From Nymphaea colorata (lineage: Eukaryota): 64,000 bases of DNA. The translations under genes were made by a program, and so were the position numbers. Position 1 is the stretch's first letter, and every line of letters starts with the position of its first letter. Shown here one piece after another: positions 44,310-57,248 of this stretch. Below the pieces are notes generated by a model that was given only the letters and a program-made list of their open reading frames with translations, had not been told where the DNA came from and ran no database searches. The stretch is from contig NC_045138.2 in NCBI RefSeq assembly GCF_008831285.2, positions 11,780,001 through 11,844,000 on the forward strand. Direction: 5' to 3'.

Positions 44310-44975
44310 TTTTTTAGGAGATCTGTGAATTTTAGCTCAGTCTCATGGAGTAAGCAGAAACTATGTTAGGGTCATATTTATCATGTATAAATCTATCTTC
44401 CCTTAGTTCTATTTGAGTTCATTCATCTTAGTTTGAGTTCAACTCAATTCTGAAGTTATTGGAGTTCACTCCATCTCTTGTTTTTAGGGGTATGAGCTGC
44501 AGTTGAGCTCAACCAGATAAAGTAATCAAACTGAATTAGAATCGTGTTTATCATGTCTAAATCTATTTTTCCTTAATTCAATTTGAATTCATTTATCTCT
44601 ATTTGAATTCAACTCAACCTCAAAGGTCCTGAAACTCACTCATCTTTTTAGGAATCTGAGCTAAATTTGATATCAACCCAACAGAATGAGCTGAAATAGA
44701 GCTTGGATCCTATTTGTCAGGTCGAAATCTATCTCCCTTTAGTTAGTTTGACTTCCTTTCTCCCAGTTTGAGTTCAATTTAGTTTTGAAGGTTATAAAGC
44801 TCATTGTGTCTCCTATTTTTAGGGTATGAGCTAAATTTAAGCTAAATTGGATAGAGTGAGCTGAAATCAAGCCAGGATCATATTTATCACATATAAATCT
44901 ACCTACCTTCAATTTTGTTTGAGTTCATTCATACCAGTTTGAATTAAATTCAGTTTTGAAAGTTTTGAAACTCAC
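44310..44975. repeat. Degenerate tandem array, ~4 x 166-170 bp
   Basis: Motif [A/G]TTT[A/G]TCA.....AAATCTA...TTTGA[G/A]TT recurs at 44376, 44546, 44712 and 44882. Confidence 0.75.
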
Positions 44976-45646
44976 TGATGTTACTTATTACACTTCATAC
45001 TTGATCATGTAGGCTTTAATATTCTCAGACAAATTGATTTTTAGAGCATTTGAGGGTGGAAATTTTTAATGGAATTTTAACCAAAGCAACTTATGAGTAG
45101 TTCTATAGGCCAGTCCAGCAAGATCAAAAAATTTGTTGGAGCTCTGGAGTATCACATAGGTGCAAAACAGCTATTTTTTAACCACATTTTCCTACATCAA
45201 CAAAGTACAAGTAAATTCATGATTTGAGCCATTTCCCAGTCCAAGACCATGCTATGGGTAGAACAATCAGACTCGTCTGACACATATTTTTCAGCTAAAC
45301 CTAGGATTATATGACCTAAGTTCACTAAGCTGATCATTTTCATATCTTCACAGCTCCAACTTGAAATCTTTTTTTTTTTCATTTCAAATAGATAACAAGT
45401 GATTCAAAACTACAACCAAAGTCAAAATAGTCATTTCCATCAAAATCTTTTCCCCATGTTCAAGGGAAAAATAGTCATTTCATATTTAAAAATACCATTA
45501 TGTACTTAGGTTATATATACCTAAGTTTATAACATGTGGAGCATTAATTATAATCTCTTCATCCACATTGTTAGGTCCAATGAATTGTTGCCATCTAGAT
45601 CTCTTATATAGAATTTTGATCCACATCTCCCATCATTTCTAGAATT

Positions 45647-45830
45647 CATTTTCTAGAACTTTCTCTAGATTGAGACCTTGATCTGAATCTCAAAACCATA
45701 TCTAGAGTCCATTTTCTAGAACTTTCACTAGATTCATATCTCGATCTGATTCTCAGAACCATATGGAGAGACCATTTTCTAGAATTTTCTATGGAATTAA
45801 ATCATGATTTGAATCTCAAAACTATATCCC
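45647..45830. repeat. 3 x 63-bp tandem repeat
   Basis: CATTTTCTAGAA...GATCTGAATCTCAAAACCATAT starting at 45647, 45710 and 45773. Confidence 0.8.
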
Positions 45831-48800
45831 AATATGAATTCCAAATGCATAAGTGGGCACAAATGAGAAAAATATTGTGCTTGATTGTGTTTAGTACGCT
45901 AGATATTAATATGAACAATTGTTCATGACTTGTGCAAAACTTTGACCTGGGCACTATTGTCCAAAGGAGTCGAATTTGGCATTTGTATGGCTCTGAAACT
46001 AATATTCTTCTGTTTGATATCTAATATAACATATGTTTGATGTGTGCTTTCTCTCCATTACATTTGCATTAAATTCTTACCCCATGCAACATGCCAACAT
46101 GAGCAATTCATGAATTGTTGAGAAGTTTGCAAAGATTAGTTGTTTGAGACTGAATTGATTTTTGTGAAGATATGGCTCCAAAATAAGCAAAATATGACAA
46201 AAATACACTTTTTAACATATAGTGTTTTGTGCCCCATGAGGGGAGCACGATTTTGAATACCAAAAATTTAGTTCTTTATTGAAGGTTTTAGAGGAGTTCT
46301 TCTCTCTCCTCGCACTATAAAATAGGTGCCTCCTTCCTTCATGACACACCCATCTCCTTTGAGAAATTTCATTTAAATGCTTGGAAGAATTGAAGATAGA
46401 GAAAAAATTTAAGGTCTAAGTCTTGGCTTGATTTGAGTCACAACATTGGACAATCAAACTAATTGACTAAGGCGAAAAGTAGTCAGTTGAGGTCATGGGA
46501 CCGGAGTAGGTGCGGGTCAGGTAAATTTATTTTTTTCCTCTTTTTTTATTTTAGTTATTTTCTTTTTCTTTCTTAAATAGCATGCTTTGGGTTTTTGTTT
46601 TTATGTTTAGTAGGTTTAGGTTTGCTTATTTTTGCTTTGCATGCGTAGTTTAGCTCATTTTCATTTTAATGTTTAGGTTAATTTACTTTTGGTTTTGTGC
46701 CTTGGCTAATTTTAGTGCACATGGAAAATGGAGGCAAGTATAAATTATAATTCCCAATAGGCGGTCCATATGTGCAAAGCTGAACATTTTTGTATGTAAA
46801 TAGAAGTGGTGACCGTGATGGGACCTGTCACCATTTGACTAAGTTGCACCGCCTAAACTTCTAAGTTGTGAGTGTCATCCAAATTCTAGAGTCTCCTAGG
46901 TGCCTCATGGAACCGTGTATATGTGATTTATATGTGCATTAGGACTTAAAATTGAGAGAGACATTTATTGCTCACATAGGTCTAAAGTCAAATGTAACCT
47001 CTCTTAATTTAGGAGTTGCTTGAAACCATGTTTGTTCTCTCTGCCCATTTTAACAACCACCTTAGGCCTCATTGCATTAGAGTTTACTATTTGTGCATGT
47101 TGATAATGTTTTCCAACAACCTCAAACCTATACAAGTCATGTTCATCATATCTTAGGACTCAACTGTCAAGCAATAGCTTAGGAAGTTTGACAGTTAGAC
47201 CAACCTGCCAGAGGCAGGCATTGGCCCTCCTCTTACCACATACTGGAAAATGCCCCGTATATCTTAAGGTCCAAGGAGAAATGGAAACCCTAAACTTCAT
47301 AACCTACAAGAGAGTCTTTATGCCATGTACCTTAGATTTTTCCCAAGTCTATAGGCATAATTTGTTAAGAAACAACTGATGATTAAAATGCCGGAAACTT
47401 GGTTTAGGAGTCCCAAGCCATTTTAACCGTGTATCTTAGAAGCTATGCCCATTAGCGTGCGTTGTATTTGCATGTGCATAAACTATGTGCTTATTTTACC
47501 TATTGTAATCATGCAAATATTTTCTCAAAACTGAACGTGTATTTTAAATGATTTTTTCTTTTTCCTTTGTCCAACACTGTATAGATGTCACATCTATTGT
47601 TGTCTTAGTTGATTTCCTTCTCATATGTCTCTTTAGGCTAATCTGGATCAAAACTGTCCATTATGTTGTTTTAACCTTCCTATTGGGTTGAACCAGTTAG
47701 GCACAATCCCTTCAATAAGTTTGTCCATTCCTAGTTGTGTTTTGATCTATCTCATGTCTGTATTAATCCCGCCCCCCGCCCCCCCCCCCCCCCCCCCCCA
47801 ACCCCACAATGTTTGGACACTCAATTTTTGTCCAAATATGATAATATTTTCAAAAGTGTCCCCATTACATTTTTGAACTAAGCTAACATCACATAAACCA
47901 AGCAATAATAAAGCACAATGGCCCCTCATACAATATCAATAAAGAATAAGGATGATGCCTTTGAGAGTGAAGAAGCAGAATTGGAGTACAATGAAGATCC
48001 TAGTAGTTCAAAAGACATTAGAGAAGAAAAGAACATAGAGTTCGATCAAGAAGCTTTCGTGCATATTCGAATGATGTTCTAGAAAATGATGAAAAACAAT
48101 GGAGGATCTAGGTCATTTGGGAACAGGAGTAGGAGAACACAACCAAATGACTCTCTCACAAGTCAATGAAAACCATACAGTCCTACTTGAAACAAAAGGA
48201 GAAGGTCATGTGCTAGATGAAAAACAAAGACAAATGATGCTATTCACAAAAGACTTATATCAAGAATTGGATGAAAAGGACCTTGAGGACCTGCCTAGGA
48301 AATTCAGTAAATTTAAGGGGACAGAGAACCCACACGTGCACTGGATATCTTTTTTGATAAATGTAGCAAATACAAGAATAGTGACAATTCTCTATTTATC
48401 TATTTTCCAAGGAGCTGGTTGGGAGAAGCGGCTGAGTTGTACGTCAAACATATCAATCCCTCTAAAATGAAAAATTTTGATGGAATTGTAGACACCTTCA
48501 TCAATAAATATGAGCTGAATTATTCAGTGGTCCCCCAATTGACATTCTGATGCCAATGAGTCATGCCAGGGCTACATCCAAAAATGGAAATATGTAAGCT
48601 GCAAGACGAGAACCCAATTGTAGAAGACCATGCTCTGACAATGATTTTAGGCAGATTTTGGGAGCACATCAGGTACCACCTCATACAACATGAGTATGAT
48701 TTTTTTTTTTTTTAGTGATCTCACCAAAAAGATAGAAATAATTGAGAAGGCATTCAAGAATGGGTGTCTCGAAGCAGAAACTGATCAGAGCTACCACAAG

Positions 48801-49212
48801 AAGGATGATAACATGAAGTCACACAAGTCTCAAGTAGATGCACTATTTCCAACTTAGGTCAATGTTGTAAAAAACAGCAAACGAAGCAAGTCATGGGAAA
48901 ATAAGCACAATGACATGGGAAACAAGAACAAAATGTAAGACTGTTAACGGGAGATAGAAAAAGATACCTATGATGGACAAGCAACAGAAAATTTGCCCCT
49001 CTAGAGCAAACCAAAGAAGAGCTTCTAGAGTACCTCCTTCCGGAAGGATTCCGCAAACTCCCTAAGGTGGTCGATCATTATGAAATCGAAGGTAAATACA
49101 AGGGATGAATTCTGTAAATTTCGAAAGACTATTGGCCACAGTACCAAGTATCGTATTCCCTTCAAGCACATCATATAGGATTTCATTGACAAGGGGTTTT
49201 TGTTTGAGTGGG

Positions 49213-50150
49213 TGACACCCAAGAGAAATGAAGGAGCCTAAGTTGAACTGGCTATTGCTTTGCTTTCTTATCTTCCTTGTATATTGTAGAGAGATGGTGC
49301 ACCCCCCCCCCCCCCCCCTTCTTTTCAATGTATTGAACAATAAAGTTGATTTTCCCCTGAACAAGTGTGTCTTTCTTTTCATGTCCAACCATTCTTGTTC
49401 TGTCATGCGACAAATTCTCGGTTTACAGTAGTACTCATTGGTGTTTACTTTCACTTTCTAGTTAATTGTGTTCCATTCTGTATCACTTTCGATTCCTTAG
49501 ATTAGTTGGGTTGTTGATCATAAATTAAAGAATCGTCTCTTGCACTATATCAACTTGGTATCAGAGCTTTGGTTCACCTTCTCCATATTGCTTGATATGG
49601 CACACAATCTGAGAACGTCCCAAGGCACAATAAAAAAAGTGTTGAAGATCAGATTGCTTTGTTCGGGGATTCAGTCATCGCAATGCGAGAATAAATGTGG
49701 ACAAGGTTCATTCAAATGCATGAAAACATGAACATTGTGGGAGAAAAGTTGTAGTTATTCGCAGATTCATTGGAAGGAATAGATGCAACATCAAGTGAGA
49801 ATTATCGAACTCTCAAAGGCATGTTCAAGAAAAATGAGAAGAGATTAGCGGGGACAGTGAAAGGGTAGAATGATGACATGAATGAAGTGTCGAAGGAACC
49901 CAACGGTGACCTCAAGACATCGAGGACTCCATTGAACAGCATGAGGCATATGGTTTGAAGGGCATTGGGGAGACCCAAGAGTTTCCTTCTCCCACCCACC
50001 GGCTGATGAACCACAAGTTTGGCATACCAACCACCTTGCCAAATCCGGTTGTAGATCTGCAGGATCCTATAGCCAGACTGTCAAACTTCCAGCAATGGTC
50101 GGACTTCCTAAACTATGGTGGTGATGATGGTCTCAGCTTGCACAAATAGG
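49213..50150 (+). mobile_element. 5' LTR + tRNA-Met PBS + degraded gag start of a second LTR element inserted at the end of gag copy 2
   Basis: TGACAC...TATCA (49213-49552); perfect TGGTATCAGAGC at 49556-49567. Confidence 0.65.
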
Positions 50151-50275
50151 GGCGCCCACCCGTCCTTGATTTTTTCCGGCCAAGGCAACTAGCATCTTCC
50201 ATGATAATGCATGAAACACATTATATTATTATAGTATTTTCATGAATTTTGGTGTTTTTAGTTGTTTAATTAAAC

Positions 50276-50634
50276 TGCAGTCACAAAAAACGCGGAAAAA
50301 AAAACGTGATAAATTAAATTGCAGTTTAAAACTTAAAAAAAATGTGTTTTTAAAAAAACTTTTAAAAAACGAAAAAAAACACATTAATGTGTTTTTTCAA
50401 ATTTTTTCATTTTTTTCAATTTTTTTCATTTTTTTTAATGTCAAACAGATTTTTTTATTTTTCATTTGTTGTAAATTTACTTATCTTTTGTTGTTTGTGT
50501 TATTAGTTTTTCACTTCTTTTATTTTTTCCACATTTTTAGTTTTTCAATTTTAAAAATTTACGGTATTTTTTTTATATTTTTTCAAGTTCACTGTTTAAA
50601 ACTCCAAAACATTATAACATTATTTGGGACTATG
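50276..50634. mobile_element. hAT-type MITE (CATAGTCAC family), inverted relative to the copy in the CDPK intron
   Basis: Ends CAGTCACAAAAAA / GGGACTATG; flanks AATTAAAC/TTTTAAAC; internal GTGTTATTAGTTTTTCACTT matches the reverse complement of ~58545-58570. Confidence 0.6.
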
Positions 50635-53349
50635 TTTTAAACTTAAACTCCCATGCATGTGTTCAAATAGCCCTCAAGAACGCTGTGGTGCAAATTTGAG
50701 GTAGAATAGAGTTAAAATGGATGAAATAGAACGAAAACAGTGAAAACGGCCTCTTCAAGGGCAAAACCATCATTTTCTTCATGAAGCAAACTTCAATCCC
50801 ACCGAAACTTTAGTGTCCAACATAGATCCATGTCCCAGGGATTAATCCAGCTTCCTAAACTCAGATGTGATGGGCATGAAACGTACAAAATGGCACATAG
50901 TACAAGAAATGGAGTTTTCAGGGACAATTTCATCAGTAATGAGGAAGATAGATAGGCAATTAAGGTTAACTTTTCCCATAAAAAAGCAAAGGAGCACGAA
51001 TTTTTCCATCTCCCTTGGTGATCTTTCAGCCTCCAATTAATCTTTTCTAGACATTGGAGGTGGAAGAACCCTTCAACCATGGAGCCCCTTCTTCAATTCC
51101 TTCTTCTCTACACCCCGAACCCATTGATCGTGCATGGAAGAGTGCAGCCCTTAAAGGGAGATGCTTGGCTGTGGCTGGATGGTGGGAGTAGCAGCTACTT
51201 GTGGAGATCGCAACCCAAATTAGGTAACTCATTATTTGTCTCAGTTTTAGAATTACAGATTCATGCATGCATGCATGCATGCATATAGAATTAGGGCTTA
51301 TCACAAAGTCAGGGCTTGCTTCTTTCTGTTTCTTGCATTTCCATTGATTTATACATATATTGTATTCACGACCTTAAGTAAGGCAACATCCTCTAAATTT
51401 TATTTTCAACCGTGATTAACTTAGATTCTAAGTTTCTTTAATTATTATTGAGAAAATTGGAGAAGATAGACGTCAACAAAATAGATGTCTAACCGGCAAT
51501 CTGTCCAAAATTCGGCCACTCACTGGCCAAATCCTCCACAAAAATAAGTACTTATTTTATTTTTGTTAAGAATAGAGTTTTAGGCATGAATTACAGTAGC
51601 GTCTTAGGATTGGATTCAATTTATAGGAGCTGGTCCTATCTATTTGATTTATTCCATAGTGCACATGCTCGTCCTTTTGTTTAGAGTCGTTGTTTTACAG
51701 GAGGTCTGTTTGAGATCGTGGATAGATCTGTCGTCAAAATTTTTATGCTGATTTTGATTTTTAATTTTCTATTTTCTTCACATCACTTCAGCATTTTAAT
51801 AGACAGTGCACAATATGTTCAGTTGTTTCTAATTATGATCAATTTTTTTGGGGAGCTTTCTGGTTTCCAGATTGTTAGAATGACTGCAATAGTCGTGTTT
51901 AAGGTGTGGGAAGATGTGCGTAGGTTGCTGGTTTGAATCAAACTTCTGTTTAGTGATGAGATTTTTCTATTTTCTGCATGTCTTGTGTCCCTTCTGTTCA
52001 TTTACTGTAGCTCTCATAGTTAGGATGTGTCTGAGGCATTCAGGTAAGGGTCGTGGTTTACTCCCAAAAAAAAAAAAAATTGCACGGCATTGTGGAGAAA
52101 AACAGCAGGTAATCAGATTACCCTTCAGTCACAATTGTCTCAATCGGATCAATGATCACATGATAAAATCTGCCATCTTTTGCTAAAAGAGTGATTTCAA
52201 TTTTCGTTAAATGTCTTATTGTTTTGAATTGATTTTTATTTTGCTGAAGTACTAGGAAATGGATTAGGATTTATTTCTATTAATTTCTCGAAATATATCG
52301 GTAAAGGGCAAACTAGTAAAACCATTATTTTTGAGGATCAGTTTGGTTCTTTTTCTGCAAAGTTTATATTTTTCTTATATTTTAGTGTCTAAGGTCTTGT
52401 TTCAACCTTTGATCAAATTGTTAGAGACCTGACCAGAAGTTGTTTATTTTCTTCGTTTAGACGAGTCTTAGTTTAACAAGTGTTTATGTTCATAGCATTT
52501 TGTATATAATTTAAGACTTTTTTATAATTTTAGCTTGCTCCACCATAGTGTCATAGGTAAAAATGTCGTTTTTTTTTTTGTTTTATATTGTGTCATTCAT
52601 CATATTTTATCACATTTTAGTATTTTAAGTGATTTCTCTGATGTCACTGACTTGTCATCTTTCTCTTATAGGTGTAATTGGGGTTTTTGCTTTTGATGGC
52701 AACTCTACTACTTGCATGAGTCATTGAAGATTTATTTATTGAATTTGCCAATCCATTTGGACCAAGACTCTTTTTTTTTTTCTTGTAATTAACTTTCAAT
52801 TTGTTGACATTTGGGATTGTGTGAAGCAATGAAAGTTCAACTCCATTGATTATGCTTCTTCTCAATAATATGTTTCCTGAGTTCGACCCGGTATTCACTA
52901 CTTGTGATTCTGGTTAAAGTTGTTATTTGGTGTATGGTTCCACTTCGTATTGTAAAAAGAAAAAAAATTGATTTTACAAGTGACATTTATTGAATTTAAA
53001 AGGCATATGCCGTAAATCCCATCACTCATACTGATTTTGGGCACGATACGGTCCATTATGGCTCATTATGGGCAGATTCATCAAGCCCAAGAATCGGTTT
53101 GAAGATCGAACCGGCTCCCTTATACCAACCACAACTCGAATCCAGTCCCAAATCTGATCCAAACTTACTATTTTGACCTAAACCCAAGCTTAAACCCAAA
53201 TATGCATGTCTAAATCCAAGCCAACTTCAAAACCAAACGTCATACCTCACCCAATATTTAAGCTTGGATCCAAATCTAGACCTGAACCAGTTGACCCAAA
53301 AACTGATACCATCCTCCCACATGCACACCTCTGGAGCTGGCAAATTTGA

Positions 53350-53700
53350 TTTGTTGAGGACGACTCTTTTCCAACCCGAAGAAAATGATGTAGGAGTGCA
53401 AGCAACATAATTGTAGTTGGGAACTTAATTTTTATTTATTGTTCCTTTTATTTGGATCCAGATCTAGCTAGGGATCCACTTTTAGTCAATATAAAGATGT
53501 TTAGGCTTCTTTCCTTGGGAGTCTTGAGCTAATAAAAACGCTAATGGCAATCCTATTTCTTTTTCCAGTTAATTATGTTCTATTTTGCATCTACTTTGAT
53601 CCTTCCCCAGATTAGTTAGGCGTTGATCTTGGATCAAACGATAAGTTCTCTCTTCCACTCCATTATAAATATTACTCCGCTACTAGAAAAAAATCACCTT
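53350..53700 (+). mobile_element. 3' end of a CRM-like gypsy element (pol tail, PPT, start of LTR)
   Basis: TTGAGGACGACTCTTTTCCAACCCGAAGAAAA-TGATG (LRTTLFQPEEND), resembling CRM pol/PPT junctions. Confidence 0.4.
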
Positions 53701-53776
53701 CAAACTTCCACCGACTACCCACCACCTAGACATCCACGGTTCTAGAAATTCACTTGTACAATTTTTCTTTTTTTGT

Positions 53777-53811
<35 letters not shown>

Positions 53812-54246
53812 TCCTATGTGTCTATTAGATGTTGATGGTTTTTATCCAAAACTAAGTTCAAAATGCTGAATTCAATAACAAAATTCACGAGTAATCAAAT
53901 AGAACTTTTTACCGAATTTCATGATATCTAATTTTCTCATATGGACACCTTAATCAGATGATATTACATATTTGAAGTGGTTTTCCCTTTTTATGTTTGA
54001 ACTTGAATTGGAGTCAAATAAAAAAAAATAATGGAAATCAATATCTCAGCTTTAACTCCAGCTAGATTTATCATGATGGAGATGGACAGGTCTGATCTAG
54101 TCAAGTTCAATTTGTCAGATTTTCCAAGACAGGATCAAGCCTGGATTGTAAAGCTCGACTCAAGCTTTGGTCAAGATCAATCCAACCCAACTCAAGCTCG
54201 TCTCAGCTCATGTGCAGCCCTAATTAAGAGTGGTCGAAAGTCTAAC

Positions 54247-54438
54247 CAGGGGCGGAGGGAAGGGCTCGCATAGGCCATGGCCCCACCCCAGCCAATGATT
54301 TTTTTTTTTTTTACATTGAAAAAAACAATAATTTTTAATTGCATAATGTATTTTTTGTATTAGAATTCAGTTTGGCCCTTCCCGGGTCCAGAAGTCAGAC
54401 TGCTGGCCCGCCCTTGAAGAAAATCCTGACTCTAACGA
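54247..54438. mobile_element. MITE (CAGGGGCGGAG terminus)
   Basis: CAGGGGCGGAGGGAAGGG start, AT-rich core, degenerate AAATCCTGACTC end; related to 30668-30870. Confidence 0.55.
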
Positions 54439-55511
54439 TTTTGGAGAGTTTCCTTTAGTGTAATCGGCCTTAAGTAGGAACTATAATTTTTGGGCATGAA
54501 TTCAGTGAAATCTAGAATTCTCCACTTTCTTGCTCTCTTTCTTCCTTTCTGCCCTTGTCTTCTCTTTTTCATCCCTACCTGTGGCTTTTGCTCTTCTCAA
54601 CAAGTTCTAGCAGCATTAACCTTTTGGGATGAAAAACTTAAGTTACTGATAGTCCATGGCAACAGGTGCAGGACCCCGCGAGAGTGACGACAGCAATAAC
54701 TGTGGCTCAGCATTGTCCACCACAACAATATCAGTGGGCAAGGACATGTCCACATGGCACTTTACAGTCCTGTTGCAATTCTCCTTTATTGTTTAAAACT
54801 TTTAAGCATTAGCTATAGTCTCCAACATGTAAAATCATAGTCTTGATTCTTGAACACCCAAGGTGTGTAGCATAATTGGCCGGCATGATTGTACTGACAG
54901 CGCGTCCTCAATTTGATTCTCATGGGTACTACTCTTATGGACTCCAAAAGTTGGCATTGGTAACACTCAAGTTGAAGGATGTACCATATGACCACCTACG
55001 TCGTGATGTAACTCTGGACCCCAAGGGCCAGGGAGAAGGCGGGAGGCTTCCAACTCTCATTCAAGCGGTGGGTGTCTTGCACTTTCTAGCTTCTGAAAAG
55101 TTGGATTAATAGACCCTTTAGTCATTTCAAAATTTTCCAGTCAATTGATAAGATTAGATTGATGGACCTTTGTGTTACTTTGTAAAATAGATGGATGGAT
55201 ATTTCAGTCATTTACAGAATCAAATTAATGCAAAGCATTTGGTTGAATGACATATTGGCAATAGAAGCTTGAAATATTGATAACATAAGATGATAAAATG
55301 ACAAGAATATCATAGTGTGAACTTTTGATTATGTCAACGAAAATATGAAACTAGAACAATACAATCAATATCATAATCATAATCATATAATAACGACATG
55401 ATAAACATGAAATAAGCATAATTAAACATGTTAAAGCATAGTAACATGATCACTTTGCATGATTTTGTTTGTAATAATGCACTTGTTGCATATCTAATCA
55501 TTCTACTTGTA

Positions 55512-56069
55512 AATAATTAAAAGTATGAAACTGATTTTGGGGAGTGCACCTATTGGGTCATTTGGCAATAGGAAGAGTAGTATATTTTTTTCATTAATCT
55601 GCCCTCAAAGATTGGGGCAAATTTATGGAACATTGTGTTACAGTGTTTCATGGATATGCCCCATTTGTTGGGTAGATACATGGAATAATATGTTACTGTT
55701 TATATTGCCAAATGACGCTTACGTTACTGTAGGAAGACCTACTTTTTACAAAGCCTGAATCCAGTACAGCTCTCTCTGAAGTCACTACTTAATAATTAAA
55801 AGTATGAAACTGATTTTGGGGAGTGCACCTATTGGGTCATTTGGCAATAGGAAGAGTAGTATATTTTTTTCATTAATCTGCCCTCAAAGATTGGGGCAAA
55901 TTTATGGAACATTGTGTTACAGTGTTTCATGGATATGCCCCATTTGTTGGGTAGATACATGGAATAATATGTTACTGTTCATATTGCCAAATGACGCTTA
56001 TGTTACTGTAGGAAGACCTACTTTTTACAAAGCCTGAATTCAGTACAGCTCTCTCTGAAGTCACTACTT
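55512..56069. repeat. Near-perfect 279-bp tandem duplication
   Basis: Units 55512-55790 and 55791-56069; three C/T differences seen; explains the two identical 77-aa ORFs. Confidence 0.95.
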
Positions 56070-56723
56070 AATTTTCAACAAAGCTTCTTTCTTGTCAAAC
56101 CCGAATCATTTTTATTTTTATAGTCTCTTTTACTTCTTACTTCAAGAAAAAAAATGGAAAGAAACAAGATTAGAGAGTTTTCTGTAAAGAAAGTGAAGAA
56201 AAAGTTTGATCTACTAATGTTTTTGGGAGTTTTTTGTAAACGGCTCTCCTTAACTATACCAAGTTCGAATTTTACTATCTTCTTCACATAAACAATGGTT
56301 TCTGTCTTGCATTATGGTGGAAAAAATTTGGCGTCTCCCTTCTACAGGCCGCAGGAGTAGACTTTGGGCGGATCAATCACCCTCAACATTAACACCGTGA
56401 ATTTTCTTTTAGGTTGTGCCTCTAGCCATTATGCAAATCATTTTCGTCTCGCTCCCACACCGGGTTCCCGGCAGGCAGCAGTGGTGCCGCCACCGACTAC
56501 AGCACAAGAGCTCTACCACCTCAGCATTGAGTACCCATGGGTCCTCTCAGTCGGTAAAAACTGGTTCTGAGAAATCTTCAGCCATCGACAGCGCCTGGTT
56601 CGTTCAGCGAGCAGCTACTAAGAAAGAGCCCCAAAACCCTCACACCCCACCCATCTACGCAGCATGCTTCATCATACTAGGCAGCGAAAGGAAGCAATGA
56701 AGTGATTTCAAATGGCTTAGAAA

Positions 56724-56848
56724 ATTGTTTTCTGAAACGCAAAAAAGAACGACACCATCAAAGATTCGCCCATCAGGTTCAGCTGAGATTGTTTTCTGAA
56801 ATGCCGAAAAGAACGTCATCAAAGATTCACCCACAGGTTCAATTGACA
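56724..56848. repeat. ~64-bp tandem duplication
   Basis: ATTGTTTTCTGAAA...CATCAAAGATTC.CC..CAGGTTCA at 56724 and 56788. Confidence 0.8.
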
Positions 56849-57028
56849 GTTAATAAATCTCACTGCAGGTTCCATAAAGTTGAAAAGAAAAGGCAAGGAA
56901 GAAAAAAAGGGGGCAGGAATCATTAGGAGTTGGTTAACGTCCGCGAGCTTGTTGCCTTCTGATTCGAAGGATTCTGCAAGTCTCGACTCGTCAGGTTTGG
57001 ATTTCCAGATCCAATTTTAGGCGTCTGC

Positions 57029-57241
57029 ATGGGTAGAGGCAGGTCACACAGTTTCATCGTTCCTTCCGTTCTCAAAGTCTTCTCATCTTTGTCAGAAGGC
57101 TTTGGCAGAAAGGTTCATGGAAGAATTCTAAAACTTGGGTTGGACTCTGATCAGTTCTTGGTCACCAGGCTGATCGATATCATGCATGCAAAGTGTGGTG
57201 TACTTGCTGATGCATGTCAAGCTTTTAATAAAGCAGCATGA
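57029..57241 (+). pseudogene. PLS-class pentatricopeptide repeat (PPR) gene fragment
   Basis: SFIVPSVLKVFSSL-GRKVHGRILKLGLDSDQFLVTRLIDIMHAKCGVLADACQAF = one L and one S motif; truncated, no flanking PPR repeats. Confidence 0.8.
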
Positions 57242-57248
57242 ATAAGCA

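Larger units (their letters stand above)
43648..49212 (+). mobile_element. Ogre/Tat-like Ty3/gypsy remnant: long LTR-like region, tRNA-Arg-type PBS (46807), gag copy 2 (47919-49212)
   Basis: TGTAGACATG start; TATAAAA at 46316; TGGTGACCGTGATGGGA after the LTR-like end; gag LPRKFSKFKGTENPHVH, DTFINKYE, EDHALTMIL, FCKF..GHST, paralogous to 17938-19190. Confidence 0.55.

Noticed and set aside
50242..50640. 132-aa Phe/Lys-rich ORF
   Set aside because: Low-complexity MITE sequence
55525..56037. Two identical 77-aa ORFs suggesting a duplicated small peptide gene
   Set aside because: By-product of the 279-bp duplication; no family motif, and three substitutions are too few to show selection
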